A DNA stretch of 48,288 nucleotides from Capsulimonadales bacterium (GCA_033762295.1 JANRLW010000103.1:1-48288); one strand, 5' to 3'; shown: positions 29,085-38,262, counted from the first letter of the stretch. Notes: generated from the sequence alone by a model not told the origin. Program-made: numbers and translations.

Positions 29085-32000
29085 GTGACGCCGTGGTTTA
29101 TTCACCTTCTGGGCGACCTGCGCGCCGAACGGGAGGGACAGGTTCTTACACAGTTCCGAACGCGTCGAGCCGCCGCGCTCCTCGGACACCTTTCGCTTTT
29201 CCTGCACCGCTTCCATCCGCGTGAGACCGTAATCGAGCTTCTCTGGCCGGAGACCGACCCGGATGCCGGACGTCTTCGACTCCGTCAGGAGCTCCACGCA
29301 CTGCGCCGACAACTGGAACCTGCGGGCATTCCCCCCAATACGGTCCTGATCGCCACCCGATTCGGGCTCAAATTGAATCCGGACATGGTGCAGACCGATG
29401 TCGGTCAGTTAGAGCGGGCGGTGCAACGCAGTCGGCAAAGCGACCCTGCCGAGCGTGTCCGCCTCCTTTTCCCTCTGGTAGGTGGGCAGCGTCCCGGTGA
29501 CCTGTTGCCCGGACTCTATGACGATTGGGTCCTGCGCGAGCGGGAGCGACTGGCTGCGCTGGTTGATACGGCATTTGAACTCCTGACGGAAGCGCGGATT
29601 GCGCTTTCCCGTGCCCGCGCCCCTTTCGACTCGCGGGAGCCCGAAACATCGAACGAGACGGAGGTATGGCTTCCGGTCACTCTCACCCGCTTCTTTGGTC
29701 GAAACGACGAGATCGCGCGGATAGAGCGGATGCTTTCCGGACCCGACGCGGACCGACTGGTGACCCTCACCGGACCAGGCGGCAGCGGCAAAACACGGCT
29801 GGCGCTTGAAGCGGCGCGAAAGATCGTGGGCTCGTTCCCGGCGGGCGTCTATTTCGTCCCGCTGGCGGAATTTACCGATCCGGCGCGCGTGCCACTGGCT
29901 GTGCAGCAGGCTCTTCGCCTGCCGCCCGCCGATGTCCAGGTATCCGTCGAGGATCAAGTGATTAGCGTGCTGGCGTCACGCGGACCGACCTTGCTGGTGG
30001 TCGATAACGCTGAGCATTTGCTGACAACGGTCAAGGCGCGTACCTGTCTGACGGATTTCTTTCGGACGCTACTGGAACGTGCGCCCCGCGTTTCGATCCT
30101 GGCAACCTCGCGCCGCCGCTTCGATCTGCCGGGCGAGCGCATCCTGGTCGCGGATTCGCTGCCCCTGCCTTCGGGCGAGGCGCTTCTGAATGACCTTGCG
30201 GCTACCCCCAGTATCGCGCTTTTCGCCGACCGTGCGCGTAGTGTCCGCGCCGACTTCGCGGTCACGGAACGGAACGCACCCGCGTTGATCGAAATCTGCC
30301 ACCATCTGGACGGTCTCCCGCTGGCGCTGGAACTGGCGGCGGCGCGTGCGGCGATTCTGAGCCCAGGAGAGATCCTGACACAGCTGACGGAGCGGTTCGG
30401 TAGCTCCCTGGATCTCTTTACCCAGGGCCATTCCGGACGTGAGCAGACGCACCGCCATCGCTCGCTTCGCGCGGCGCTGCAGTGGAGCCAGGATCTTCTT
30501 CCCCCTTCGCTCCAACGGATTCTGGCCCGTCTTTCAATCTTTCCCGGGGGATGGTCGGCGGAAATCGCCGGGCAGGTGCTGGAAGAGGTGGAGATCACGG
30601 CAGCGCTGAAGGAACTGTGCGCCAGTTCTCTCGTGCGTACCGTTGAGACCGAGGACGGTTCGCTCCGCTTCTACCTCCTTGAGACACAGCGGGAGTTCGC
30701 ACAGCGGCAACTCGCTCCCCAGGAACGCTCCCGGCTGTTGTCCCGTCTTGCTCGCATTTATACGAACCATCTGAAGCTTCAGCGGGAACGCTATGGTATT
30801 CCCACGGAGCCTGCCCTCCTACACTTTATCCGGACGGAGTACGGGAATATATGCGCGGCCCTCACTTGGTGCCTCACCGACGATCTGATACAGGGGATTG
30901 CGCTGGCAGTGCAGATATTTGTCTTCTGGCTGATGCGCGGACAGTACGCAGAGGGCATCCACTGGCTCGACGCCCTGTTCAGCCGCATTGACTCGAGCGG
31001 TCTTCTTCGGGAGGTGGACGACGGCGTCAAGACTCTGTATGCCCGCCTCCAGGTTTCCGGTAGCGCGTTTCTGCTGATGCTCGGACGGCCCGAGGAGGCG
31101 TTAGCACGCAACGAACGGGCAGCGGAGATGCTGATAGGAATATCGGTGCGGGATACGGAGGCGGAGGAGTGGCTGGGCTGGGCTTATTGCCATACCGCCC
31201 TTGCCTTCAACGCGCGCCGGGATTACACCACGGGCGTTCTCTGGCTGGAGAAGGCGCTTTCCTGTATGCGCCGCACCCCGGAAACGCGAAATGCCGGTGC
31301 GATTCTCTACCGCCTCGGGCAAGCGGCGTTTCACGCGGGCGATCTTGCGCGCGCGGAGACATGGCTTCAGGAAGCGTTTACGCTGTTACGGAGCGATGAC
31401 GATTACTGGCAGGGTTACGCACTGGCACTGCGCGCGGCCTTCGCGATAGAGAAAGAGGACTATGAGGCCGCAAGACGTTTTTTCGAGGATAGTCTGTTTC
31501 ACCTTAAGCGCATCCCCTCTGCCCCGCAGCACGCCGATACCGAGATGGAACTGGCGATTCTGGAGCGGGATCTAGGAAACCTGTCGGGCGCAAAAGAGCG
31601 GGCAGAGAAGGCTCTTCATGTCTTTTCCGTAACCGGGGCGTGTCATCGCGCTGCCGTACTGCATAGCCATCTGGCGCTGACCGCCCTTTATGCCGGTGAC
31701 TATGACGCCGCTACGCGGCATGTAGGGGAGGCGGAACGCCGTTTCGAGGCGCAGAACGAGGCGGCGGACGCGGCAAGTTGCCTGCTCCTCCGAGGTCAAA
31801 TTGCACTGGAACGGGATGCCGATCCCGACCGGGCGGCACGAATGATTACCCGGGCGCTGCATGCTCTGCGCGACACACCGATGCGATTCGACAAGATTCC
31901 CGCAGGCTTTCATCTTCTGGCGGAATGCGCGTGGCTGAGTGGTGATCGTTACCGGGCAGCCGTCCTTCTGGGGGTAGCGTGCGGCGTTCGGGAACGGCAG

Positions 32001-32177
32001 TCGCACCGTGCTCGTTTACTGCCACTCCCACAGGCCCGCTTCGATCGCACGGTCGCTCAGGTAAAGCGGGCGATTATGGACCCTGCCGCTTATGACCTGG
32101 CCTTTGCCGAGGGTTATTCCCTCTCCCCGGAGGCGGCCTTCGCTCTCCTCTCCGTCTCCGCGCCGACGGCCGGTTAG
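29085..32177 (+). CDS. AfsR/SARP-type regulator: winged helix, shortened BTAD, NB-ARC (STAND) ATPase and TPR domains
   Basis: FRTRRAAALL...HPRETVIELLWP, YDDWVLRERERL, LTRFFGR, GPGGSGKT, VVDNAEHL, LDGLPLALELAAAR, RHRSLRAALQWS, C-terminal TPR helices. Confidence 0.9.
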   Translation: MTPWFIHLLGDLRAEREGQVLTQFRTRRAAALLGHLSLFLHRFHPRETVIELLWPETDPDAGRLRLRQELHALRRQLEPAGIPPNTVLIATRFGLKLNPDMVQTDVGQLERAVQRSRQSDPAERVRLLFPLVGGQRPGDLLPGLYDDWVLRERERLAALVDTAFELLTEARIALSRARAPFDSREPETSNETEVWLPVTLTRFFGRNDEIARIERMLSGPDADRLVTLTGPGGSGKTRLALEAARKIVGSFPAGVYFVPLAEFTDPARVPLAVQQALRLPPADVQVSVEDQVISVLASRGPTLLVVDNAEHLLTTVKARTCLTDFFRTLLERAPRVSILATSRRRFDLPGERILVADSLPLPSGEALLNDLAATPSIALFADRARSVRADFAVTERNAPALIEICHHLDGLPLALELAAARAAILSPGEILTQLTERFGSSLDLFTQGHSGREQTHRHRSLRAALQWSQDLLPPSLQRILARLSIFPGGWSAEIAGQVLEEVEITAALKELCASSLVRTVETEDGSLRFYLLETQREFAQRQLAPQERSRLLSRLARIYTNHLKLQRERYGIPTEPALLHFIRTEYGNICAALTWCLTDDLIQGIALAVQIFVFWLMRGQYAEGIHWLDALFSRIDSSGLLREVDDGVKTLYARLQVSGSAFLLMLGRPEEALARNERAAEMLIGISVRDTEAEEWLGWAYCHTALAFNARRDYTTGVLWLEKALSCMRRTPETRNAGAILYRLGQAAFHAGDLARAETWLQEAFTLLRSDDDYWQGYALALRAAFAIEKEDYEAARRFFEDSLFHLKRIPSAPQHADTEMELAILERDLGNLSGAKERAEKALHVFSVTGACHRAAVLHSHLALTALYAGDYDAATRHVGEAERRFEAQNEAADAASCLLLRGQIALERDADPDRAARMITRALHALRDTPMRFDKIPAGFHLLAECAWLSGDRYRAAVLLGVACGVRERQSHRARLLPLPQARFDRTVAQVKRAIMDPAAYDLAFAEGYSLSPEAAFALLSVSAPTAG

Positions 32178-32198
32178 ATTTTTCACTCGCGTGCCCCC

Positions 32199-32231
32199 TG
32201 TAACGGATTTGTAACGCCTTCCCGGTAGACT
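32199..32231 (+). promoter_or_regulatory. Candidate SARP binding site plus -10 element
   Basis: TGTAACG-GATT-TGTAACG (11-bp period) followed 9 nt later by TAGACT. Confidence 0.55.
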
Positions 32232-32309
32232 TGCGCGTACCGGGAGGCGGCACGTCCGCCTTTCCGGCAGGCTTGTATAAGCCGCATTTCAGGTCAGGAG
32301 GATAGAGTC

Positions 32310-33170
32310 ATGGTCTCTCGCTTTACAATGACGTTCCGCGCCCTCGGAGCGTGTCTGCTGCTGGCGCTGCTCGCCTCGCCCCGGATCGGCCATGCCGCCG
32401 ATGTCTATCTCACCAGCAGCAGCAATGCTGCCCTCAATGCCGCCCTGGAAACCATGTTCGAGGGATTCGGACACGATGTCACCCTGGGCGTCGAACACTG
32501 GCAGTTTGACGGTACACAGAGTCTGGCGGGCCGGACGGTGGTTTACCTTCAGCCCAATCACAACTTCAATCTCGATATGCCGCTGGCAGGACAGACCGCG
32601 CTGATTGATTTCGTTAACGGTGGCGGTGGATTGGTCACCAGCGAATGGACGGTCTGGGACACCGCATTCGGCTTCTTCAACCTGCTGGAGCCGATCCTAC
32701 CGGTTAACCCGACAGGTTCCTTCAGTGGGAGTCCGTCTACCACACTCAGTCAGGCAACCGCTGACCCGGTTTTGAATGCCGGTCTCGCCGCCGCATTCGA
32801 CATCCCGCTGGAAAGTATCGGGGGAACGGAAACCATTTTCTCCGATCTGAAACCGGGTGCGGTGGTCTACTACAACTCCAGCAATACCGGTGCGCCCGGC
32901 CTGGTCGGCGGCACGGCCGGTGACGGTCAGATACTTCAGTTCTCGACGGTCAACGGCCTCGGTCAGATCTCCGATCCCAACTTCGCCCGGCTGCTGAGCA
33001 ACTCCCTGACCTTTGTCGCCGGAGTTTCGATCATCAGCGCGGCCCCGGAGCCGGGTTCGATCGCTCTGCTTGGGTTCGGACTGGGAGGCTTAGCACTCTA
33101 TCGACTCAAACTCAGGACGCGTCACAGAGGTCGGCGCGGTACGCCGACCCCTTCGGTCAATCGAAACTAA
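32310..33170 (+). CDS. PEP-CTERM sorting-domain secreted protein
   Basis: AGGAGG ribosome-binding site, signal peptide (…GHAA), C-terminal APEPGSIALLGFGLGGLAL followed by basic residues. Confidence 0.88.
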   Translation: MVSRFTMTFRALGACLLLALLASPRIGHAADVYLTSSSNAALNAALETMFEGFGHDVTLGVEHWQFDGTQSLAGRTVVYLQPNHNFNLDMPLAGQTALIDFVNGGGGLVTSEWTVWDTAFGFFNLLEPILPVNPTGSFSGSPSTTLSQATADPVLNAGLAAAFDIPLESIGGTETIFSDLKPGAVVYYNSSNTGAPGLVGGTAGDGQILQFSTVNGLGQISDPNFARLLSNSLTFVAGVSIISAAPEPGSIALLGFGLGGLALYRLKLRTRHRGRRGTPTPSVNRN

Positions 33171-33215
33171 GTGGCTCAGTTGCAGGTGCCGGGGTTCACC
33201 GCGTAGTCCGGCACC
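33126..33215. repeat. 90-bp direct repeat, copy 2 (last 40 nt of the prepilin-like gene plus downstream hairpin)
   Basis: Identical to 28848..28937. Contains the hairpin GGTCGGCG-CGGTA-CGCCGACC. Confidence 0.97.
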
Positions 33216-33994
33216 GCTCCCGGATAGATCTGCTCCGGTCGCAGACTGCCGCGCCGATGCCACTTCGCGTGCCCGTCGGAGAAGGCGAAGTTCGCACCGT
33301 CGTTATGCCGCCAGTCCACCGCCCAGGCCGCCTGGCCGCGTGATCGAATATATTCGTCGGTCGGCCTGTACTGCTGCTGGCAGCGCAGACTCGCCCAGTT
33401 CGGCGTGTTGCCGTCGTTCTCATGCCACGGGTTCATCGTGGTCGCCGCTCGAATCAGGCTCCCGTCACCGAACCAGTCGTTCACTCCCGTTTCCCCGAGC
33501 ATGATCAGGTCCGCCGGTCGATCGATCGCGCCCAGCGATTTGCCGTCCGTCATGTGCCAGTTCAACGCATACGCCGGACCCGCCGCGAAATGCGTGGTCA
33601 CCGTCATGTCGCTCGGGTTCACACGGGGACCGCTCGGACAAAGGTAGACATTACTATTCTTAACGTAGGGGTACAACCGTTGTGGCCAGTGTGTCGCGTT
33701 CTTTTCGCAATCCTCCGCGTCGCCGGCGTTCAGCGGCGGACAGGCGAAGAAGCCGGCGATGGTCTTCTCGTCGTAATCCTGCGTGTACATGGCGATACCG
33801 AGCGCCATCTGCTTGGTGTTCGACAGACATGACGTCTGGCGAGCCTTCTCGCGCGCCTGGGCGAAGACCGGGAAAAGGATGGCTGCCAGAATCGCGATAA
33901 TGGCGATAACCACGAGCAACTCGATCAATGTGAAAGCGGAATTTCGGACGGACGGAACCGGGGAACTCCTCCGTGCGGAAAACGATGCGGACAT
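33176..33994 (-). CDS. Prepilin-type N-terminal cleavage/methylation protein (DUF1559, H-X9-DG)
   Basis: [65 protein letters not shown]. Confidence 0.92.
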   Translation of the reverse strand: MSASFSARRSSPVPSVRNSAFTLIELLVVIAIIAILAAILFPVFAQAREKARQTSCLSNTKQMALGIAMYTQDYDEKTIAGFFACPPLNAGDAEDCEKNATHWPQRLYPYVKNSNVYLCPSGPRVNPSDMTVTTHFAAGPAYALNWHMTDGKSLGAIDRPADLIMLGETGVNDWFGDGSLIRAATTMNPWHENDGNTPNWASLRCQQQYRPTDEYIRSRGQAAWAVDWRHNDGANFAFSDGHAKWHRRGSLRPEQIYPGAVPDYAVNPGTCN

Positions 33995-34060
33995 ATCGGG
34001 ACCCTTCCTCGGGCAGTCTCGTGAGGTCAATGTGATGTTGACAAAGATCACCCTATATCT

Positions 34061-34089
34061 ATCATAATATGAGGGCAAATCACTTTCAA
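34061..34089 (-). promoter_or_regulatory. Putative promoter of the DUF1559 gene
   Basis: Minus strand TTGAAA-N17-TATGAT. A GTCAA-N7-TTGAC palindrome lies downstream at 34026-34042. Confidence 0.5.
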
Positions 34090-34182
34090 GCGATCAGTCT
34101 TTAATGCCAATTAAAAGTTCGTTCCCGCCTGTTTTTTTTCGTCGCTCCCCGATCCGTCGCTTCTGAAAAGTTACGAAAATTC

Positions 34183-34210
34183 TTGACATTTCTTACGACC
34201 GCAGTATAAT
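34183..34210 (+). promoter_or_regulatory. sigma70-type promoter of groESL
   Basis: TTGACA-N16-TATAAT. Confidence 0.85.
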
Positions 34211-34215
34211 CCGTT

Positions 34216-34242
34216 CTGGCAGTCGCCGATGGTGACTGCCAA
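34216..34242. promoter_or_regulatory. CIRCE-like HrcA operator
   Basis: CTGGCAGTC-N9-GACTGCCAA compared with consensus TTAGCACTC-N9-GAGTGCTAA, directly after the -10. Confidence 0.8.
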
Positions 34243-34287
34243 TTCCAATCGAATATTCGTTCCCAAATCCCATTGCGGAGGCTACTA

Positions 34288-34572
34288 ATGACCATTCGTC
34301 CGCTCGGAGACAAAGTTGTTGTCAAGCCGTCGGAAGCCGAGGACAAATCGGCGGGCGGAATTATTCTGCCCGACGCCGCCAAGCAAAAGCCCCAGGAAGG
34401 CACCGTCATCGCGGTCGGCTCCGGTCGGCTTCTCGATAATGGCGAACGACACAAAATGACCGTCCAGGTCGGCGATGTCGTCGTCTACAGCAAGTACGGC
34501 GGCACCGAATTCAAACTCGACGGCGAGACCGTCGTGATCCTCGATGAGGACCAGATCTACGCGATCAAGTGA
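34288..34572 (+). CDS. groES: Co-chaperonin GroES
   Basis: [36 protein letters not shown] ribosome-binding site. Confidence 0.98.
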   Translation: MTIRPLGDKVVVKPSEAEDKSAGGIILPDAAKQKPQEGTVIAVGSGRLLDNGERHKMTVQVGDVVVYSKYGGTEFKLDGETVVILDEDQIYAIK

Positions 34573-34612
34573 CCCCTGACCCCTGACACCTTGCGACGAA
34601 GGAGCATGATAG

Positions 34613-36244
34613 ATGGCAGCAAAGGAACTCCTGTTTGATGAAGCCGCCCGGCGCGCCCTCGAACGTGGCGCGAATGCCGTGGCAAACGCCGTGAAAGTGA
34701 CCCTCGGTCCGCGCGGCCGCAATGTCGTGATCGAGAAGAAGTGGGGCAGCCCGACGATCACCAAGGACGGCGTCACCGTCGCCAAAGAGATCGAACTCGA
34801 AGACAAGTTCGAGAACATGGGCGCACAGCTCGTTCGTGAAGTCGCCTCCAAGACCAACGACGTCGCCGGAGACGGCACCACCACCGCCACCGTCCTCGCC
34901 CAGGCGATGGTCACCGAGGGTCTGCGCTACGTCGCCGCCGGCGGCGCTCCCCTCGCCCTGAAGCGCGGAATCGACAAGGCCGTGGAAGCCGCCGTCGCCG
35001 CCCTCCGGGAGAATGCCACCGAGGTTTCCGATTCCAACGCGGTCGCCCAGGTCGCCGCGATCTCCGGGAACAACGATGAGGAGATCGGCCGGATCATCGC
35101 CGAGGCGCTCGATAAGGTTGGTAAGGACGGCGTCATCACCGTCGAGGAGAGCAAGGGCCGCGACACCGTCCTCGAATTCACCGAAGGGATGCAGTTCGAC
35201 AAGGGCTATATCTCCCCCTACTTCGTTACCGATCCGGAACGGATGGAAGCGGTCCTCGACAACCCGCTGATCCTTCTGTTCGAAAAGAAAATCTCCGCCG
35301 CCGCCGATCTGGTCCCGGTGCTGGAGAAGCTGGCGCAGTCCCGCCGCCCGCTGCTGATCATCGCCGAGGACGTGGATGGCGATGCGCTGGCGACCCTGGT
35401 CGTCAACAAGATTCGTGGCATCCTGAACGTCACCGCGGTCAAGGCTCCCGGCTTCGGCGACCGACGCAAGGCCATGATGGAAGATATCGCCGTACTGACC
35501 GGCGGCCGCTTCCTTTCCGATGACCTGGGAATCAAGCTGCAGAACGTCGAGTTCGATATGCTCGGTTCGGCCAAGAAGGTCACCGTCACCAAGGAAAATA
35601 CGACCCTTGTCGAAGGCGCGGGCACCTCCGAAGCCGTTCAGGGCCGTATCAAGCAGATCCGCGCCCAGATCGACACCACCGACAGCAGCTACGACAAGGA
35701 AAAGCTGCAGGAACGACTGGCGAAACTCGCCGGTGGCGTCGCAGTGATCCAGGTCGGCGCGTCCACGGAAACCGAACTGAAGGAGAAAAAGCATCGCTTC
35801 GAGGACGCTCTGTCGGCGACCCGCGCGGCGGTCGAGGAAGGCATCGTCCCCGGTGGCGGCGTCGCGTTCCTGAACATCCTTCCGGCGCTCGATACCGTGA
35901 CGACCGAAGAGAAGGATGAGGAAGTCGGCGTCAATATCGTCCGACGCGCCCTCGAAGCGCCCCTCCGCACCATCGCGGAAAATGCCGGACTCGAAGGCTC
36001 CGTCGTCGTCAACAAGGTGAAGGAACTGCCGAAGGGCCAGGGCTTCAACGCGCTGAGCGAGGAGTACGGCGATATGATCGGCTTCGGCGTTATCGACCCG
36101 GTCAAGGTCTCCCGCTCCGCTCTGTCCAATGCGGCGTCGATCGCCGGTATGCTCCTGACCACCGAATCGCTGGTGGCGGAAAAGCCGGAGAAGAAGAAGG
36201 CGGCGGCGGGCGGCGGACACTCCCACGACGACTACGACTATTAA
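34613..36244 (+). CDS. groEL: Chaperonin GroEL
   Basis: [52 protein letters not shown]. Confidence 0.99.
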   Translation: MAAKELLFDEAARRALERGANAVANAVKVTLGPRGRNVVIEKKWGSPTITKDGVTVAKEIELEDKFENMGAQLVREVASKTNDVAGDGTTTATVLAQAMVTEGLRYVAAGGAPLALKRGIDKAVEAAVAALRENATEVSDSNAVAQVAAISGNNDEEIGRIIAEALDKVGKDGVITVEESKGRDTVLEFTEGMQFDKGYISPYFVTDPERMEAVLDNPLILLFEKKISAAADLVPVLEKLAQSRRPLLIIAEDVDGDALATLVVNKIRGILNVTAVKAPGFGDRRKAMMEDIAVLTGGRFLSDDLGIKLQNVEFDMLGSAKKVTVTKENTTLVEGAGTSEAVQGRIKQIRAQIDTTDSSYDKEKLQERLAKLAGGVAVIQVGASTETELKEKKHRFEDALSATRAAVEEGIVPGGGVAFLNILPALDTVTTEEKDEEVGVNIVRRALEAPLRTIAENAGLEGSVVVNKVKELPKGQGFNALSEEYGDMIGFGVIDPVKVSRSALSNAASIAGMLLTTESLVAEKPEKKKAAAGGGHSHDDYDY

Positions 36245-36264
36245 TCCTTCAACGGATTAACCGT

Positions 36265-36301
36265 AAAAACGCCCCGGCGCATAGTTCGCCGGGGCGTTTT
36301 T
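36265..36301 (+). terminator. Rho-independent terminator after groEL
   Basis: AAAAACGCCCCGGCG-CATAGTT-CGCCGGGGCGTTTTT. Confidence 0.9.
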
Positions 36302-36481
36302 ATTTCGCTCGCACCCGAAACTTTCGGGTGTTTAGCACCGCAAAGTTATTCTTCTTATAATTTAACACTGCCTTAACTTCCCTCTGCCCTGTTTGTGTTA
36401 AAAAGAATGGTGACAACGGGGCAAAGGCTTGTTCGTTTGCCTGAATAACTCGTTGTTATTTCCTACCTATCGGAGAATGAT

Positions 36482-37369
36482 ATGAAGAAAGCGTTTACGC
36501 TGATCGAACTTCTCGTCGTTATCGCCATTATCGCCATTCTGGCCGCGATCCTCTTCCCCGTTTTCGCCCAGGCGCGCGAAAAAGCCCGCACCATCTCCTG
36601 CCTTTCCAACGCCAAGCAGATGGGCACCGCGATGATGATGTATGCGCAGGACTACGATGAAACCCTGTTCCTGTACCGCAACCGTATCCCCAACCCGTTT
36701 ACCGGTCAGGCGGGCGTCGGCACCAGTTCCGCTCCCCTGACCTTCTGGAACCAGACCCTCCAGCCGTACATCAAGAGCTTCGATCTGTTCCGCTGCCCGA
36801 GCAACACCTATGGCGCCTGGGTCAACACCGAGCCGACCAGCACCAGCGCGCAGTTCGCAGGTTACGGCGGACAGAACTCCTATTCCGTCAACCGCTACTG
36901 CTTCCAGCCGGACTCCGGAGCGGTTGGAAACTCGACCGGTCTCGGCCTGAAGATGGCCGCCGTGTCCGCGGCCGCGGACACGCTCGTTATCCTCGACGGT
37001 CGGTACTATAACACCTCGCCGCGATTCACCGACGATGCCGGCACCCGTGTGCTTTCTTCCGTTCTTATCGGTGACCCGACCCAGCAGAACCTCTGGGACG
37101 TCGGCTACAAGAACTACTGGACCAATATCGGCGGCGGTGACTTCCTCGGCGGTCTCCAGGCCGGCGCGTTCGGCACCACCGACCTGACCGCGGATCAGAT
37201 CGCCCGCCAGAAGAACCTGGGCCGTAGCCGCCACAGCGGTGTCGTCAACTGCACCTTCCTGGACGGCCACGCCAAGGCCTGGCAGTACGACCGCCTGATC
37301 GACGACCTCGTGCGCAACCCGAACAACTCCGTCTGGGACCCGTACAAGGCCGGCGTTCGCCCGCTCTAA
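36482..37369 (+). CDS. Prepilin-type N-terminal cleavage/methylation protein (DUF1559, H-X9-DG)
   Basis: [61 protein letters not shown]. Confidence 0.93.
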   Translation: MKKAFTLIELLVVIAIIAILAAILFPVFAQAREKARTISCLSNAKQMGTAMMMYAQDYDETLFLYRNRIPNPFTGQAGVGTSSAPLTFWNQTLQPYIKSFDLFRCPSNTYGAWVNTEPTSTSAQFAGYGGQNSYSVNRYCFQPDSGAVGNSTGLGLKMAAVSAAADTLVILDGRYYNTSPRFTDDAGTRVLSSVLIGDPTQQNLWDVGYKNYWTNIGGGDFLGGLQAGAFGTTDLTADQIARQKNLGRSRHSGVVNCTFLDGHAKAWQYDRLIDDLVRNPNNSVWDPYKAGVRPL

Positions 37370-37382
37370 TCTCCGCCCAAAC

Positions 37383-37425
37383 AAAAACTCCCCGGCACGA
37401 ATCACCATTCGGGCCGGGGAGTTTT
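37383..37425. terminator. Bidirectional terminator
   Basis: AAAACTCCCCGGC...GCCGGGGAGTTTT between convergent genes. Confidence 0.8.
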
Positions 37426-37442
37426 CCGTTCTCTCCGTTTCT

Positions 37443-38192
37443 CTAATTCACCGTCGCTCGCTGAGCCTTCAAACGGCTGATGATCTGGCTGGCCTCGGCA
37501 CGGGTCCGGGGAGGATCGCCGTCATAGCCCAGCTGGCGAAGCATATCGCGTTGTCGGTCCGTCGGCTCCGCTTCAAATCCCGAGGAGACCGGTGCCGGTG
37601 AGGCCGGTAAGTTTCGGGGGGGCTCTTCCACGAAACGTTCCTCGTCAGGGTAGGCGTCCCGTACCCGGCCGTGATCCCGAGGGACGGTTCCGTTGCGTCC
37701 GTACCCGTCGTTCCCCCGACCGTTCGACGCCTGATAGTTCTGGGAGTAAGCCCCGGCCCGTTCGTTCGGCATCCCGTTCCGCACCCCGTTCTCGGCCCGA
37801 GTCGTCGCGGTCGCCGAATGCCCGTCATCGTCCTCCGCCTTCATTCCGAAAAGCGACATCAGAGCGTAACGGCGGGCGTAGGTCAGAGCGCTTCCGTAGG
37901 CTTGCGCCCCGGTCTGAGGCACCGGCATCGGCGTTACCATCGACAGGTTCTCGCCGCTCTCGGCATGAATGACGATGGTCTCCAGTTTCAGGACCCCGGT
38001 CGTCTCCGTATCGAGCGTTCGCTGCAGAACGACCAGCCCGGCTTCGTGGCACTTGGGCAGCAGCTCATCCAGAACGTCCGGCAGGGTGGCGTATTTGCTT
38101 TTAAGATGAGGATTCTGACCCGATTTCGCAACCCCATCGAGCGTTTGTTGAACGCTGAGAAGGGCTTTGGTGAGGTTTTTTCCGAGTTCCAT
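37443..38192 (-). CDS. ERF-family single-strand annealing protein
   Basis: KALLSVQ...K...NPHLKSKYATLPDV...H.ESGE...QAYGSALTYARRYALMSLFG..AEDDDG matches the ERF signature; AAGGAG ribosome-binding site. Confidence 0.9.
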   Translation of the reverse strand: MELGKNLTKALLSVQQTLDGVAKSGQNPHLKSKYATLPDVLDELLPKCHEAGLVVLQRTLDTETTGVLKLETIVIHAESGENLSMVTPMPVPQTGAQAYGSALTYARRYALMSLFGMKAEDDDGHSATATTRAENGVRNGMPNERAGAYSQNYQASNGRGNDGYGRNGTVPRDHGRVRDAYPDEERFVEEPPRNLPASPAPVSSGFEAEPTDRQRDMLRQLGYDGDPPRTRAEASQIISRLKAQRATVN

Positions 38193-38262
38193 TTTCTCTC
38201 CTTGTTATGGTTTCGTTGATGAGACTACGATGGTCGACGGAAAAACGGAAAACGAATGTTTG

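Larger units (their letters stand above)
28938..33125. mobile_element. Inserted two-gene cassette between 90-bp direct repeats; no recombinase encoded
   Basis: The flanking perfect repeats duplicate the 3' end and hairpin of the neighbouring prepilin-like gene. Confidence 0.6.

Noticed and set aside
28821..29312. Minus-strand 163-aa ORF crossing the left repeat, considered as a possible recombinase remnant
   Set aside because: No integrase or transposase motifs, and it overlaps two real genes.
34570..34590. TGACCCC-like heptamer repeated three times between groES and groEL
   Set aside because: Short tandem repeat with no spacers. Not a CRISPR, and no function is evident.
34565..36226. 553-aa antisense ORF over groEL, and similar long antisense ORFs (472..1959, 10487..11692, 13105..14370, 18533..20062, 26090..27925, 36467..37408, 44058..45899, 46627..48030)
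   Set aside because: Shadow ORFs expected from GC-rich codon bias. They show no recognisable motifs and lie opposite clear genes.
36415..36445. GGGCAAA in the leader of the DUF1559 gene, resembling a c-di-GMP-I riboswitch
   Set aside because: The following GAAA-tetraloop stem and GCAAA elements are missing; it is only a simple hairpin.
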